Assembly (NCBI RefSeq): GCF_006345805.1
Contig: NC_043024.1
Span: 8,680,001 to 8,744,000 of the forward strand
Reading direction: 5' to 3'
Source of the DNA: Octopus sinensis
Taxonomy: Eukaryota
Length of the DNA stretch: 64,000 nucleotides
Made by a program: the position numbers and the translations under genes. Below, one piece after another: positions 53,800 to 64,000 of the stretch. The notes under the pieces were generated by a model that was not told where the DNA came from, searched no databases, and worked only from the letters and a program-made list of their open reading frames with translations. The stretch's first letter is position 1; every line of letters starts with the position of its first letter.

Positions 53800-54182
53800 T
53801 ATTTTACTATCTGATGTGTGTGTGTGAGTATACATATATATAAAGCTCTAACATAAAATACTCAATACACTCACAATATCTGATGAAAGATTTTCTTGAA
53901 ATAAAAGTTATTAATTATATAAAAAAGAAAAATCATAAAAACACATAATGACAGAAATCTTTTGGCAGGAAGTTTTCATATTATGCTATATGAACAACCA
54001 CCCACCCAAAACACACACACACACACACACACACATTATACATACAGAGGCACACATATTTAAGAGAATTTCAAAGAAAGAAAACCGGAAAACAAGAAAA
54101 ATGGCACCGTCAGGCATCCTTCCCACCACTGCTCCACCTACCCCACCTTTACTCCACCCTGTCCCCACCCCACCATATACTT

Positions 54183-54220
<38 letters not shown>

Positions 54221-54617
54221 ATGCACACGCACACACACACTCAAGCTTTCTCTAATGGTTTTGGTCACATCTACTTAGCTACCCTTATGGGTATTCTACC
54301 CTAGTTCCAGATGACGAGGATATAGTTGAGCTTTTGTTTTGCAAAGCCGTAATATCTAACACATTGCAACACTTAACATAGCTTCACAATTAAATCTTTT
54401 GATAGATTAGATTTTAGTGACTATATATATATATATATATATATATATCATAGAAAATGGATTGAACAACAGTCTTTATTTAAATTCACTATAATTGTTT
54501 CAACAACTTTTTTTACACTCGTAGTATATTGTTGAGATGATATAACTAACATATTGTGTAATCATTATCATTCATCAAAAAGTTACAACATGCACTTCTT
54601 CAGGTGCTTGTTTTTAA

Positions 54618-54836
54618 CCCTTTAGCGTTCATATTATTCTATCAAACATAATGCTTATTGATTCACATTGATTTGAATTAATCATGCATTATCTCAGATC
54701 TTCAAGATGTTGATGGTGTAATTACTTAATGTAGAATAACATTGTAGGGTAGGTGTGAGGGCCTGGATCTGGTCAGTTTGAACATAAAACAGATTAGCTA
54801 TTTTGGCCGGATATGGCCGGTTTAAATACTAAAGGG
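54618..54836. mobile_element. piggyBac-type MITE (219 bp)
   Basis: TTAA TSD at 54614-54617 and 54837-54840. Confidence 0.88.
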
Positions 54837-55749
54837 TTAAATAAGTCCTTCATTAGATCATACTGTCATTTCACTCAGTATAAGAATGAATACCCAAAAC
54901 ATTGTGAGACAAAGAGGTAAGAAAACTTCCAAAGGAAAGAAAATGACTGAAAGAGTAAATTAGAAAAACCAAATTGCACAATTCAGTTGAATAAGTAGAA
55001 GAGACAGTTGATCATAGAAGATGATTTAGGGTGGATTCAATGCTGCTGGGGTGGTTAGATTTACTCTTTTACTCTTTTTACATGTTTCAGTCAGTTGACT
55101 GCGGCCATGCTGGAGCACCGCCTTTAGTCGAGCAACTCGACCCCGGGACTTATCCTTTGTAACCCCAGCACTTATTCTATCGGTCTCTTTTGCCGAACCG
55201 CTAAGTGACGGGGACGTAAACACACTAGCATCGGTTGTCAAGCAATGCTAGGGGTACAAACACAGACACACAAACACATACACACATACATATATACGAC
55301 AGGCTTCTTTCAGTTTCTGTCTACCAAATCCACTCACAAGGCATTGGTCGGCCCGGGGCTATAGCAGAAGACACTTGCCCAAGATGCCACGCAGTGGGAC
55401 TGAACCCGGAACCATGTGGTTGGTTAGCAAGCTACTTACCACACAGCCACTCCTGCGCCTATTTGCATGTACATAATTCTTTTTTTAAACAGGTGAGTAA
55501 AAAGATCTTCAACAGACATTGGATGTAAAAGATTTCCACTGTTTCAATGTATCAGCTGTATGAAGTCCATGACTAACACCTAGACAGAAGAGTGGAAATA
55601 CAGATTGCCCCCACACATATGCATGCATGCATGTTAAAAGTAATCAACTGCAACTGAAAATGTTATTTTAATCTAACGCATTCCATATTCCAGTTAACAA
55701 GAAAAACTTTACATTCAGCTATTACGAATATAAATTGGAAGAAAAATGT

Positions 55750-56790
55750 ATGGAGTAGAAATATAGTTTATAGGCTAGAAATGAAGTATATAGGCTGGAA
55801 GTAAAATGAATAGTCCAGGTATGCTATCTATGGGCTTTAAATATACCCTGTAGGTTAGAAATATGGCGTATAGACTATGAAGAGTACAGGGTAGAAATAA
55901 AATGTAGAAGCTAAAACTAAAGTGTATAGGTTAAAAATAGAGTATAGGCTGGAAATAATATATAGGCTAAAATATTGTAAAGGCTAGAAATAAAGTGTAT
56001 AGACCAGAAACAAGGCAAGAAGCAAAGTATATAGGCTGGAAATTATAGGTTGAAAATAGAGTATAGGCTGGAAATAATATATAGGCTAAAATATTGTAAA
56101 GGCTAGAAATAAAGTGTATAGACTAGAAACAAGGCAAGAAGCAAAGTATATAGGCTGGAAATTATAGGTTGAAAATAGAGTATAGGCTGGAAATAATATA
56201 TAGGCTAAAATAATGTAAAAGCTAGAAATAAAGTGTATAGACTAGAAATAAGGCAAGAAGCAAAGTATATAGGCTGGAAATCATAGGTTGAAAATAGAGT
56301 ATAGGCTGGAAATAATATATAGGCTAAAATAATGTAAAAGCTAGAAATAAAGTGTATAGACTAGAAATAAGGCAAGAAGCAAAGTATATAGGCTGGAAAT
56401 TATAGGTTGAAAATAGAGTATAGGCTGGAAATAATATATAGGCTAAAATAATGTAAAAGCTAGAAATAAAGTGTATAGACTAGAAATAAGGCAAGAAGCA
56501 AAGTATATAGGCTGGAAATTATAGGTTGAAAATAGAGTATAGGCTGGAAATAATATATAGGCTAAAATAATGTAAAAGCTAGAAATAAAGTGTATATGCT
56601 AGAAATAAGGCAAGAAGCAAAGTATATAGGCTGGAAATTATAGGTTGAAAATAGAGTATAGGCTGGAAATAATATATAGGCTAATATAAAGTTGAGGCTA
56701 GAAATAAAGTGTTTATAGGCAAGAAACAAAATATATAGGCTGGAAATTATAGGTTAAAAATAAATTAGTCAAAGTATAGTTTATAGGCTA
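55750..56790. repeat. Minisatellite with a 119-bp higher-order unit (about 7 copies) built from ~20-bp TAGGCT(A/G)GAAA submonomers
   Basis: Unit starts at 55928, 56047, 56166, 56285, 56404, 56523 and 56642. Confidence 0.93.
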
Positions 56791-57176
56791 GAAAAATGTG
56801 TATAGCCTAAGTGTATAAACCATCTAAGAAGACAACACACACACACACAAAATTAGTTGAGCATCGAAAGACTTATTCTTCTGAAAGATTTGAGCTCAAA
56901 ATACCATAAGATAGTTTCTCCATCACATTAGCCATTTCTGACAGCCATCCACTCTGTTGTACCCTTTATAATTCATTTGTAATGGGTGAATCTCGAAGAA
57001 GATACAGCTATTAATACAGATGTAGGACCAAGTCCTGCAGACTACCTTCAACTTTTTTTATCCAAAAGGTTTTCCAACTCAATGTTTACAAGCCATTATT
57101 TATAACTTTAAATACAGCAGTGAGCTGGCAGAATCATTAGCATGCTGGGCGAAAAGCTTTGCGGTATTTCATCTAA

Positions 57177-57490
57177 GTGGAGGTGCAAAGGCCCAGTGGT
57201 TAGGGCAGTGGACTCGAGGTCGGAGGATCGCGGTTTCAATTCCCAGACCAGGCATTGTGTGTGTTTATTGAGCAAAAACACCTAAAAGCTCCACGAGGCT
57301 CCGGCAGGAGGTGGTGGCAACCCCTGTTGTACTCTTTCGCCACAACTTTCTCTCATTCTCTCTTCCTGTTTCTTGAGTAACGCTGCAATGGACAGGCGTC
57401 CCGTCCAGCTGGGGGGGAACACATACGCCACAGAAACTGAGAAACCAGGCCCATGAGCCTGGCTAGGCTTGAAAAGGGCAACGTTTATCG
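57177..57490 (+). mobile_element. tRNA-derived SINE (tail type B/C) nested in another SINE
   Basis: Head GTGGAGGTGCAAAGGCCCAGTGG; the host SINE resumes after about 57490. Confidence 0.8.
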
Positions 57491-58587
57491 TCGTTTTTTT
57501 TATTTCGTCTAAAGCTAAGCAGTCAAAATCTGCTGCCAGGGTTGACTTAGCCTTTCATCCTTTTGTGGGTTGATAAATTAAGTACCAGTGGAACACTGGG
57601 GCTGATGCAATTAACTAATCCCCTCCCCTAATATTTCAGGCTTTCTGCCCTGAGTAGAAAGTATTATTAATAGCTTTAAAGGTGATGAATGTACAGAATT
57701 GTTAGCACACTGGAAGAAATGCTTAGCAGCACTTTACCTGGATTTACATTCTTAGTTCAAATTCCACTGAGGTCGACTGCCTTTCATTCTTTAAGGGTTG
57801 ATAAAATAACTGCCAGTCAATAAAATTGGTTGATAAAATTGACAAGAGACCGATAGAATAAGTACTGGGCTTACAAAAGAATAAGTCCCGGGGTCGATTT
57901 GCTCGACTAAAGGCGGTGCCCCAGCATGGCCGCAGTCAAATGACTGAAACAAGTAAAAGAGTAAAAGAGAGTAAGTACACTCCCCTAAAATTTTAGGCCT
58001 TGTGCCTATAGCAGAAGGGGTTATTTCTATCTATGTCATCTGCTTCAAGATCTCCCATTCAGAAAAGAATTACGTTTTCTCGAACTTTCTAAATTCTAAA
58101 AACATCAACAACATGCAATTCTTGTTAGTAAGAATAAAGAATAAGGTTTCTAGCATGAATAAAGAATCTTGAAGGATTGTTCTGATCCAATAGCAAAACA
58201 CCTGTTATGTTTACAGGAAATGTAGGTCTGAGTTCAGCCAAATGACTGAAACAAGTAAAAGAGTAAAAGATATATATATATATATATACATACATACATA
58301 CATACATACATACATACATACATACATGTACATACATACATTGATGTGTGTGTGTGCATGTATGTGTTTGTGTCTATCTCTCTCCCACATGATAGCTGCT
58401 GTTGGTTTGTTTACATTCCCATAACAATTCAGTGAAAGAAATCAATGGAATAAGAACCAAACTTAAAAACAGGTACTGATGTTGATTCGTTTGACTGAAC
58501 TCTTAAAGGCAGTACTCCAGCATGGCCATAGTCCAGTGACAGGCACAGGTGAAAGACAGAAGATATAAATGACGGAGGAAAACCTAC

Positions 58588-58700
58588 CTGTACTGCATGT
58601 GCATCTCCAGGGTCGACGACGACAGTTGTGCGGTTCTGAGTTTCAATTATGATGTATGCGTAGTTGTCTTTGAGCATTGGTACAGGTATTATCATAAGAC
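58588..58700 (-). CDS. PNKD: PNKD-like glyoxalase II family gene, first coding exon present in window ((G)LMIIPVPMLKDNYAYIIIETQNRTTVVVDPGDAHAVQ)
   Basis: 113-nt exon; acceptor ttctccccag, donor CAG|gtaggt; starts phase 1, ends phase 0. The P.L.DNY.Y.I....AV.VDP motif is the start of the glyoxalase II/PNKD lactamase-B domain. Upstream exons lie outside the window or were not found. Confidence 0.92.
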
Positions 58701-58729
58701 CTGGGGAGAAGAGAAACGGAAAACATACA

Positions 58730-59400
58730 TCATCATCATCATCATAATAATAAGCACCACCACCATCATCATCATCATCATCACCAACAACACCACCACC
58801 ACCAGCATCACCATCATCATCATCACCACCACCACCACCACCACCACCATCATCACCACCACCACCACCACCACCACCACCACCACCACCACCATCACCA
58901 CCACCACCATCATCATAACGTCCACCATTATAATTACTATCACCACCATCACCATCATCATCAGCATCATCACCATCACCACCACCACCACCACCATCAC
59001 CATCACTGCCGCCACCACCACCGCCACCACCACCGCCACCACCACCGCCACCACCACCATCACACCACCACCACCATCACCACCATCACCACTACCACCA
59101 CCACCATCATAACGACCACCATTATAATTACTATCACCATCATCATCATCATATAACTACTACCACCACAACCAGCACCGTTAATGCCACCACCAACACC
59201 AACACCACCGCCATAAACACCACCGCCATAAACACCACCACTATGACTATAATCATTATTATCACAACCATTCACCACCACCGTTATCATCACCAGTACC
59301 ACTATAATCATCATCATCAATATCATCATAACCACCACCGCCACCACCACCACAACCACCACCATTATCATTAACATAAACATCATTACTACCACCACCA
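58730..59400. repeat. (CAC/CAT)n microsatellite
   Basis: Visible triplet repeat immediately upstream (minus-strand sense) of the 58700 acceptor. Confidence 0.95.
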
Positions 59401-59672
59401 GGGGTTGTAAATGATTGATGGAACCTTTCCAATCAATTACTTTCCTAGCAATCAATTAATTTTTATTGGGATATAAGCCAATCAATTATTATAATTAGTT
59501 GTCAATTATTTTGCCAATGTAATAACACTGTATATTTTGGAGTGTTAGCTTCGATTTAGATAAGGGCCAAAATGATAGGAAACTAAAAGGCACGTCTTAT
59601 AGTTTCCAAAACCTTATTAGCAGAAAATGTTCAAAGTTCAGTTTTATTGGTTTAGAATAGAGAACAAACATC

Positions 59673-60071
59673 GGATCTTTTTGATTTGAACGGCAGTTTT
59701 TAAAAATAATTTCCAGGTAATTAAAAAATTTTAAACTTCTTATACTGGTAGAATGTGTTTATAAAACAGCTTTTTCTCTTGGCTTTATTGAGAAAATTCT
59801 ATACTTTATAAGATATTTGTAGTCTTTTTTTCTTCAATTTCTGCAATTTCAACCAATCAATGATGTCTATTGAGGTAAAAAAACATTCTGTGCCGTATGA
59901 ATATGTCCCTTGTTTAAGAAACAGATTGGGTTTATTTACATTTGTGAAGAAAAAAAGATACCCTTCCCACCACCCCTAACCCTAAAACAGATTGATACTA
60001 GGGTCATAATTATGGGTGACAATTTCATACGACACCGCTAGAAAAAACTGCCGTTCAAACCGAAAAGATCC
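59673..60071 (-). mobile_element. GGATCTTTT-TIR MITE, opposite orientation
   Basis: Reverse complement of 53370-53799. Confidence 0.87.
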
Positions 60072-60507
60072 CAAACAACATGTATACTCTACATTGTACA
60101 GTAGTTGAAAAACAAATAAATTGAAGGTCTTTAATTGAAAGGGTTTCTCAAACGAGCAGAACAATTAAAATGTTCTAATACAGCAAAAGGTAAAGAATGA
60201 TTGCAGATTTCTGAAACTAGGTCTTCATCCCAGAAAGCGCGATTGACTTTTAGAAATAACTGTATTTCTAAATTCATTGGCGTTAATTATTCCGAAAATC
60301 ATTAAAAGCGTAACCTGCTGAGCTGAAGAAATGTTTCAAGATGTTGGACGTTGGTCACAAAAATCTACGGTTCAGATATTGCTAAGGTGAAATTTTTTTT
60401 TGTGTGTGTGTTTTTTCATACAAATTGAAGCAAAATCATCATCTTCTACAGGTAAATCAAACTGTTGTGACATGTCTGTCATCACTTTCAGCAGATGTAG
60501 AGTAGCC

Positions 60508-60702
60508 CAGTGGTTTTCAACCAGGGTTCCGCCAGTACAGTCCAGGGGTTCCGCAAGAAGTTACAAAACTGCTAAAATCAGCAGTAATTTTTAATTCTCA
60601 GATATGTGTGCATAAGACTATTAAATTATTGCACAGGGATTCCTCGAGCCAGTGGAATGTTTCCTTGGGGTTCCGCTCCAGCAAAAAGTTTGAAAAGCAC
60701 TG
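60508..60702. mobile_element. hAT (Charlie-type) MITE, 195 bp
   Basis: TIRs CAGTGGTTTTCAACC / GTTTGAAAAGCACTG; 8-bp TSD GAGTAGCC (60500-60507 and 60703-60710). Confidence 0.92.
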
Positions 60703-61278
60703 GAGTAGCCACTTCATCCACAGTTAGTTCTGCTTTCGCATGTTGTACAATTTTCACAACTCGGCTTTCAAAATTTGAGCTGTGCACAATGGCTACTGAT
60801 GGAAGCAAATATGTTTTAAACTCCTTGTAAGGATACAATGCGAGAATTTCATCAAAAAGAATTTGAGCAGATCCCAAATCTATTTCTGTTCTTTGCAAGA
60901 TGACAGTTACTGAATTGTCTTTCAGAGTCTGCAGATCATTATGATTCTGTGGTGTCAACAGGTAAAGAACTAGCTTTGGATCACCTTGAAAAGGGGCTAA
61001 AAACGGCTTGAGTTGGATGTACCTCTCAATCATGTTGTAAGTACTAGACCAGTGAGTTTTATTTCTTTGTATATAAGATGCAAAGGCATTTTTTCCTGAA
61101 ATTTACTCGCAAGTTTTAATGATTTTAGCTTGCCCATCAACACATTAATTTTATCAAGCAAAACTTCCTACTTGAGATAAGCAGAAACAGCTAGATTGAA
61201 TTTATGAGAAGCACTTCCAATCAATGGTATTCTACACAAGTTCTCTATAGATTTGTTCACTTCAGTATTATCTCTGGT

Positions 61279-61675
61279 GTGGAGGCGCAATGGCCCAGTG
61301 GTTAGGGCAGCGGACTCGCGGTCGTAGGATCGCGGTTTCGATTCCCAGACCGGGCGTTGTGAGTGTTTATTGAGCGAAAACTCCTAAAGCTCCACGAGGC
61401 TCCGGCAGGGGATGGTGGTGATCCCTGCTGTACTCTTTCACCGCAACTTTCTCTCACTCTTACTTCCTGTTTCTGTTGTACCTGTACTTCAAAGGGCCGG
61501 CCTTGTCACTCTCTGTGTCACGCTGAATATCCCCAAGAACTACGTTAAGGGTATACGTGTCTGTGGAGTGCTCAGCCACTTACACGTTAATTTCACGAGC
61601 AGGCTGTTCTGTTCATCGGATCAACCGGAACCCTCGTCGTCGTAACCGACGGAGTGCTTCCCCCCCATCCCCCCC
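61279..61675 (+). mobile_element. tRNA-derived SINE (tail type D)
   Basis: 12-bp TSD ATTATCTCTGGT (61267-61278 and 61676-61687); excision restores the transposase frame. Confidence 0.92.
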
Positions 61676-61828
61676 ATTATCTCTGGTAACAGCTACATTT
61701 TCTAAATTTTTGTTATAGACACTTAACACATATTCTATAAATGTGACATAATCAGAAGCAGTGAATGATGTTTCACTTACCACTGGTGAAAATGCCAGCA
61801 AAACAGTACGATAGTCATTTTGATAACT

Positions 61829-62504
61829 TACTTGTACTTGTGGCGACATTCACCCTGGGCGGGTTGAGTCGGCTTCTTCTACTCATGGAAGAAGTTTTGT
61901 GGGAATATGTGGATTTCACAAGCGTTCCCCAACAATCCCACATGTAGAGACATCCTGTTTGCCGCAGATTGTCCGCAGACGCAGGGACAGAACGACCGAG
62001 GAGCCACGGTTGCCGAAACAGACACTCTGAAGATTTTCACCAGAGCCCCGTCTGCCAGGTTGTGACCCTAATACCACTCGATGTCAGACCAATCCACCTT
62101 GGGTGGCCCTACCAGGAACCGAAGTTCCTGACGGTCATGGGAATATGTAGATTTCACAAGTGGTCCCCAACAATCCCGCATATAGAGACATCCTGTTTGC
62201 CGCAGACGCAGGGACAGAACGATCAAGGAGCCACTGGTTGCCGAAGCAGACATCCTGTTTGCCGCAGATTGTTCACAGATGCAGAGACAGAACGACCGAG
62301 GAGCCACCAGTTGCCGAAACAGACACTCCGAGGATTTTCACCAGAGCCCCGTCTGCTGGGTTGTGGCCCTAATACCACTCGGTGTCAGACCAATCCGCCT
62401 TGGGTGGCCTTACCAGGAACCAAACTTCCCGACGGCATAGCTCTGACACTACCCGTTGCCAGCGTCTCCACCACGGTGAGGAGAGGACGGGCTTTGGGGA
62501 TGCT
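61829..62504 (-). mobile_element. 676-bp non-coding retroelement (RTE-like 5' end, (CAAGTA)n tail)
   Basis: 12-bp TSD ATTTTGATAACT (61817-61828 and 62505-62516); internal duplication; excision restores SCSYQNDYRTVLLAFSP. Confidence 0.88.
62431..62504 (-). ncRNA. Candidate HDV-like self-cleaving ribozyme (partly degenerate)
   Basis: Pseudoknot-compatible segments starting exactly at the element's 5' end; see findings. Confidence 0.4.
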
Positions 62505-62959
62505 ATTTTGATAACTGCACGAATAAGATGCAAAAAGTCCAATGAAATGCATCGAACCCTTAGTCCAACCATCAATTACCAATGAAAATTTACTTGGAAG
62601 TTCATCAGATATTTTCTTTCCCACTTCTTGAGTAAGTTTCTCCATGTATTTCTTTAAGGTCGCATTGTCATACTTCCCAAGTTTGTGTACTTACGAGTCA
62701 GGGGATCTTCAGTAAAGGAAAATGGTTTTAAACCAACACATACCCACTCAATCCAATCATAAACACTTAAGGCCAAGTGACTGATCAAACTGCATTTTGG
62801 TAAGAGAAAACTCAATAAAGATGGTTGTCCAGCTGCTTGTGTAGTAGAATACTCTGGATGCTGGGTTTTTTTTTATATGTTTCATAAGATTTGTCCATTT
62901 AGTTCCTTTTTTCTGTGTCAACTTTTTTCTACACTTGCATTTCCATACATGTTCACCGT

Positions 62960-63157
62960 ATCATCATCATCATCATCATCATCATTTAGCGTCCGTTTTC
63001 CATGCTAGCATGGGTTGGACAGTTCAACTGGGGTCTGTAAAGCCAGAAGGCTTCATCAGGCCCAGTCAGATCTGGCAGTGTTTCTACGGCTGGATGCCCT
63101 TCCTAACGCCAACCACTCCGTGAGTGTAGTGGGTGCTTTTTACGTGCCACCCGCACG
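62960..63157 (-). mobile_element. RTE-related SINE / LINE 3' end with (ATG)n tail, inserted near the transposase N-terminus
   Basis: Same family as 23940-24230. Confidence 0.8.
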
Positions 63158-64000
63158 TATGTTTGATTAAAATATTTTCTGATGATTTGCTTGGTTTCAT
63201 GCGGAATGGGTTAATTTAAAATAAAAGATATTTCACCACAGTTTAAAATAGAAGATATTTAGCTACAGTTTAAAATAGAAGATATTTCGCCACTCCACTG
63301 ATGAAAATCTGATTCAGGGAATATGTTGGAGCAGAATTCAAGATACAACCATGTTGCAGGTGAAGTTACGATTTAATAACTCAAAGACAGACTGTGTGAA
63401 TCATTCTCGGCAGACAGAATCAAAAATCACTCGACAGTGATTATTTGACAACATACACAATAGCCAATTCCAAAACAACAGACTGTGTCGATTAGATTGA
63501 CCCCAGTACGCAACTGGTACTTAATTTATCGACCCTAAAAAGATGAAAGGCAAAGTCAACCTCGGCGAAATTTGAACTCAGAATGTAAAGACATGAAATA
63601 TCACTAAGCATTTCACCTGGCGTGCTAATGATGATGCCAGCTAGCTGCCTTAGAAATAAGATAATTAAACAAGAAAGGTGCAGGTGTGACTGTGTGGTAA
63701 GAAGCTTGAGCCCCCAACCATATGGTTCCAGGTTCAGTTCCACTGCAAGGCACGTTGGACAAGTATCGTTTACTATAGCCTTGGGCTGATCAAAGCCTTG
63801 TTATTGGATTTAGTTGACGATAACTAGAGGTATGTTGTGTGTGTGTGTGTGTATGAATCTTTGTGTTTGTATTTGCTACCCACTCAAACTGGTGTTGGTG
63901 TGTTTATGTTCCCGTGACTCAGCAGTTCAAAAAAGAAACCACTAAAACGAGTACCAAACTTTAAAAATTAAGAAAAAGGTATCGGGGTTGATTCCTTCCA

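Larger units (their letters stand above)
60200..63200 (-). pseudogene. Near full-length hAT-superfamily transposase pseudogene with four nested insertions
   Basis: Reassembled reading: BED-finger-like WKCKC..WTNLMKH..HP; VIDGWT; TRDN...IGSASHKFNLAV; THWSSTYNMIERY; PTSNILKHFFSSAG..F.KVNRAFWD. Frameshifts and stops are present. Confidence 0.85.

Noticed and set aside
53875-53925. Hammerhead-like CTGATGA-AAGA..TCTT-GAAA
   Set aside because: Helix I cannot form, and the AT-rich context makes a chance match likely.
61279-61360. tRNA gene
   Set aside because: The tRNA-like A/B boxes run into a SINE body bounded by a TSD, and the head is multicopy with divergent sequence.
59400-63456. Exact TIR/TSD boundaries of the large hAT fossil
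   Set aside because: The candidate termini are degenerate and have no matching 8-bp TSD, so the boundaries were not called.

Overview
AT-rich, microsatellite-laden animal genomic DNA. The SINE, LINE and MITE complement looks like an Octopus (coleoid cephalopod) genome; this is inferred from repeat-family recall, not from a database search. One protein-coding gene is supported: a minus-strand PNKD/MR-1-type glyoxalase II-like metallo-beta-lactamase. Five coding exons were located with canonical AG/GT boundaries and consistent phases (58588-58700, 42694-42752, 19371-19438, 17414-17461, 16144-16326). Its N-terminal exons are not in the window. I could not find the central metal-binding exons (DH..GGN, GHT..GH, GD) between 19439 and 42693, an interval that contains a 100-N assembly gap. 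Almost everything else is transposon-derived: several tRNA-derived SINE families (one forming exact 184-bp tandem multimers), CR1-, RTE-, Dong/R4- and Tx1-like LINE remnants, Penelope-like hammerhead relics, Helitrons, piggyBac- and hAT-type MITEs, and two hAT fossils carrying nested insertions with intact target-site duplications (TSDs). The most striking single observation is a 676-bp TSD-flanked non-coding retroelement whose exact 5' end folds like an HDV-like self-cleaving ribozyme. No rRNA, genuine tRNA gene or CRISPR array is supported.
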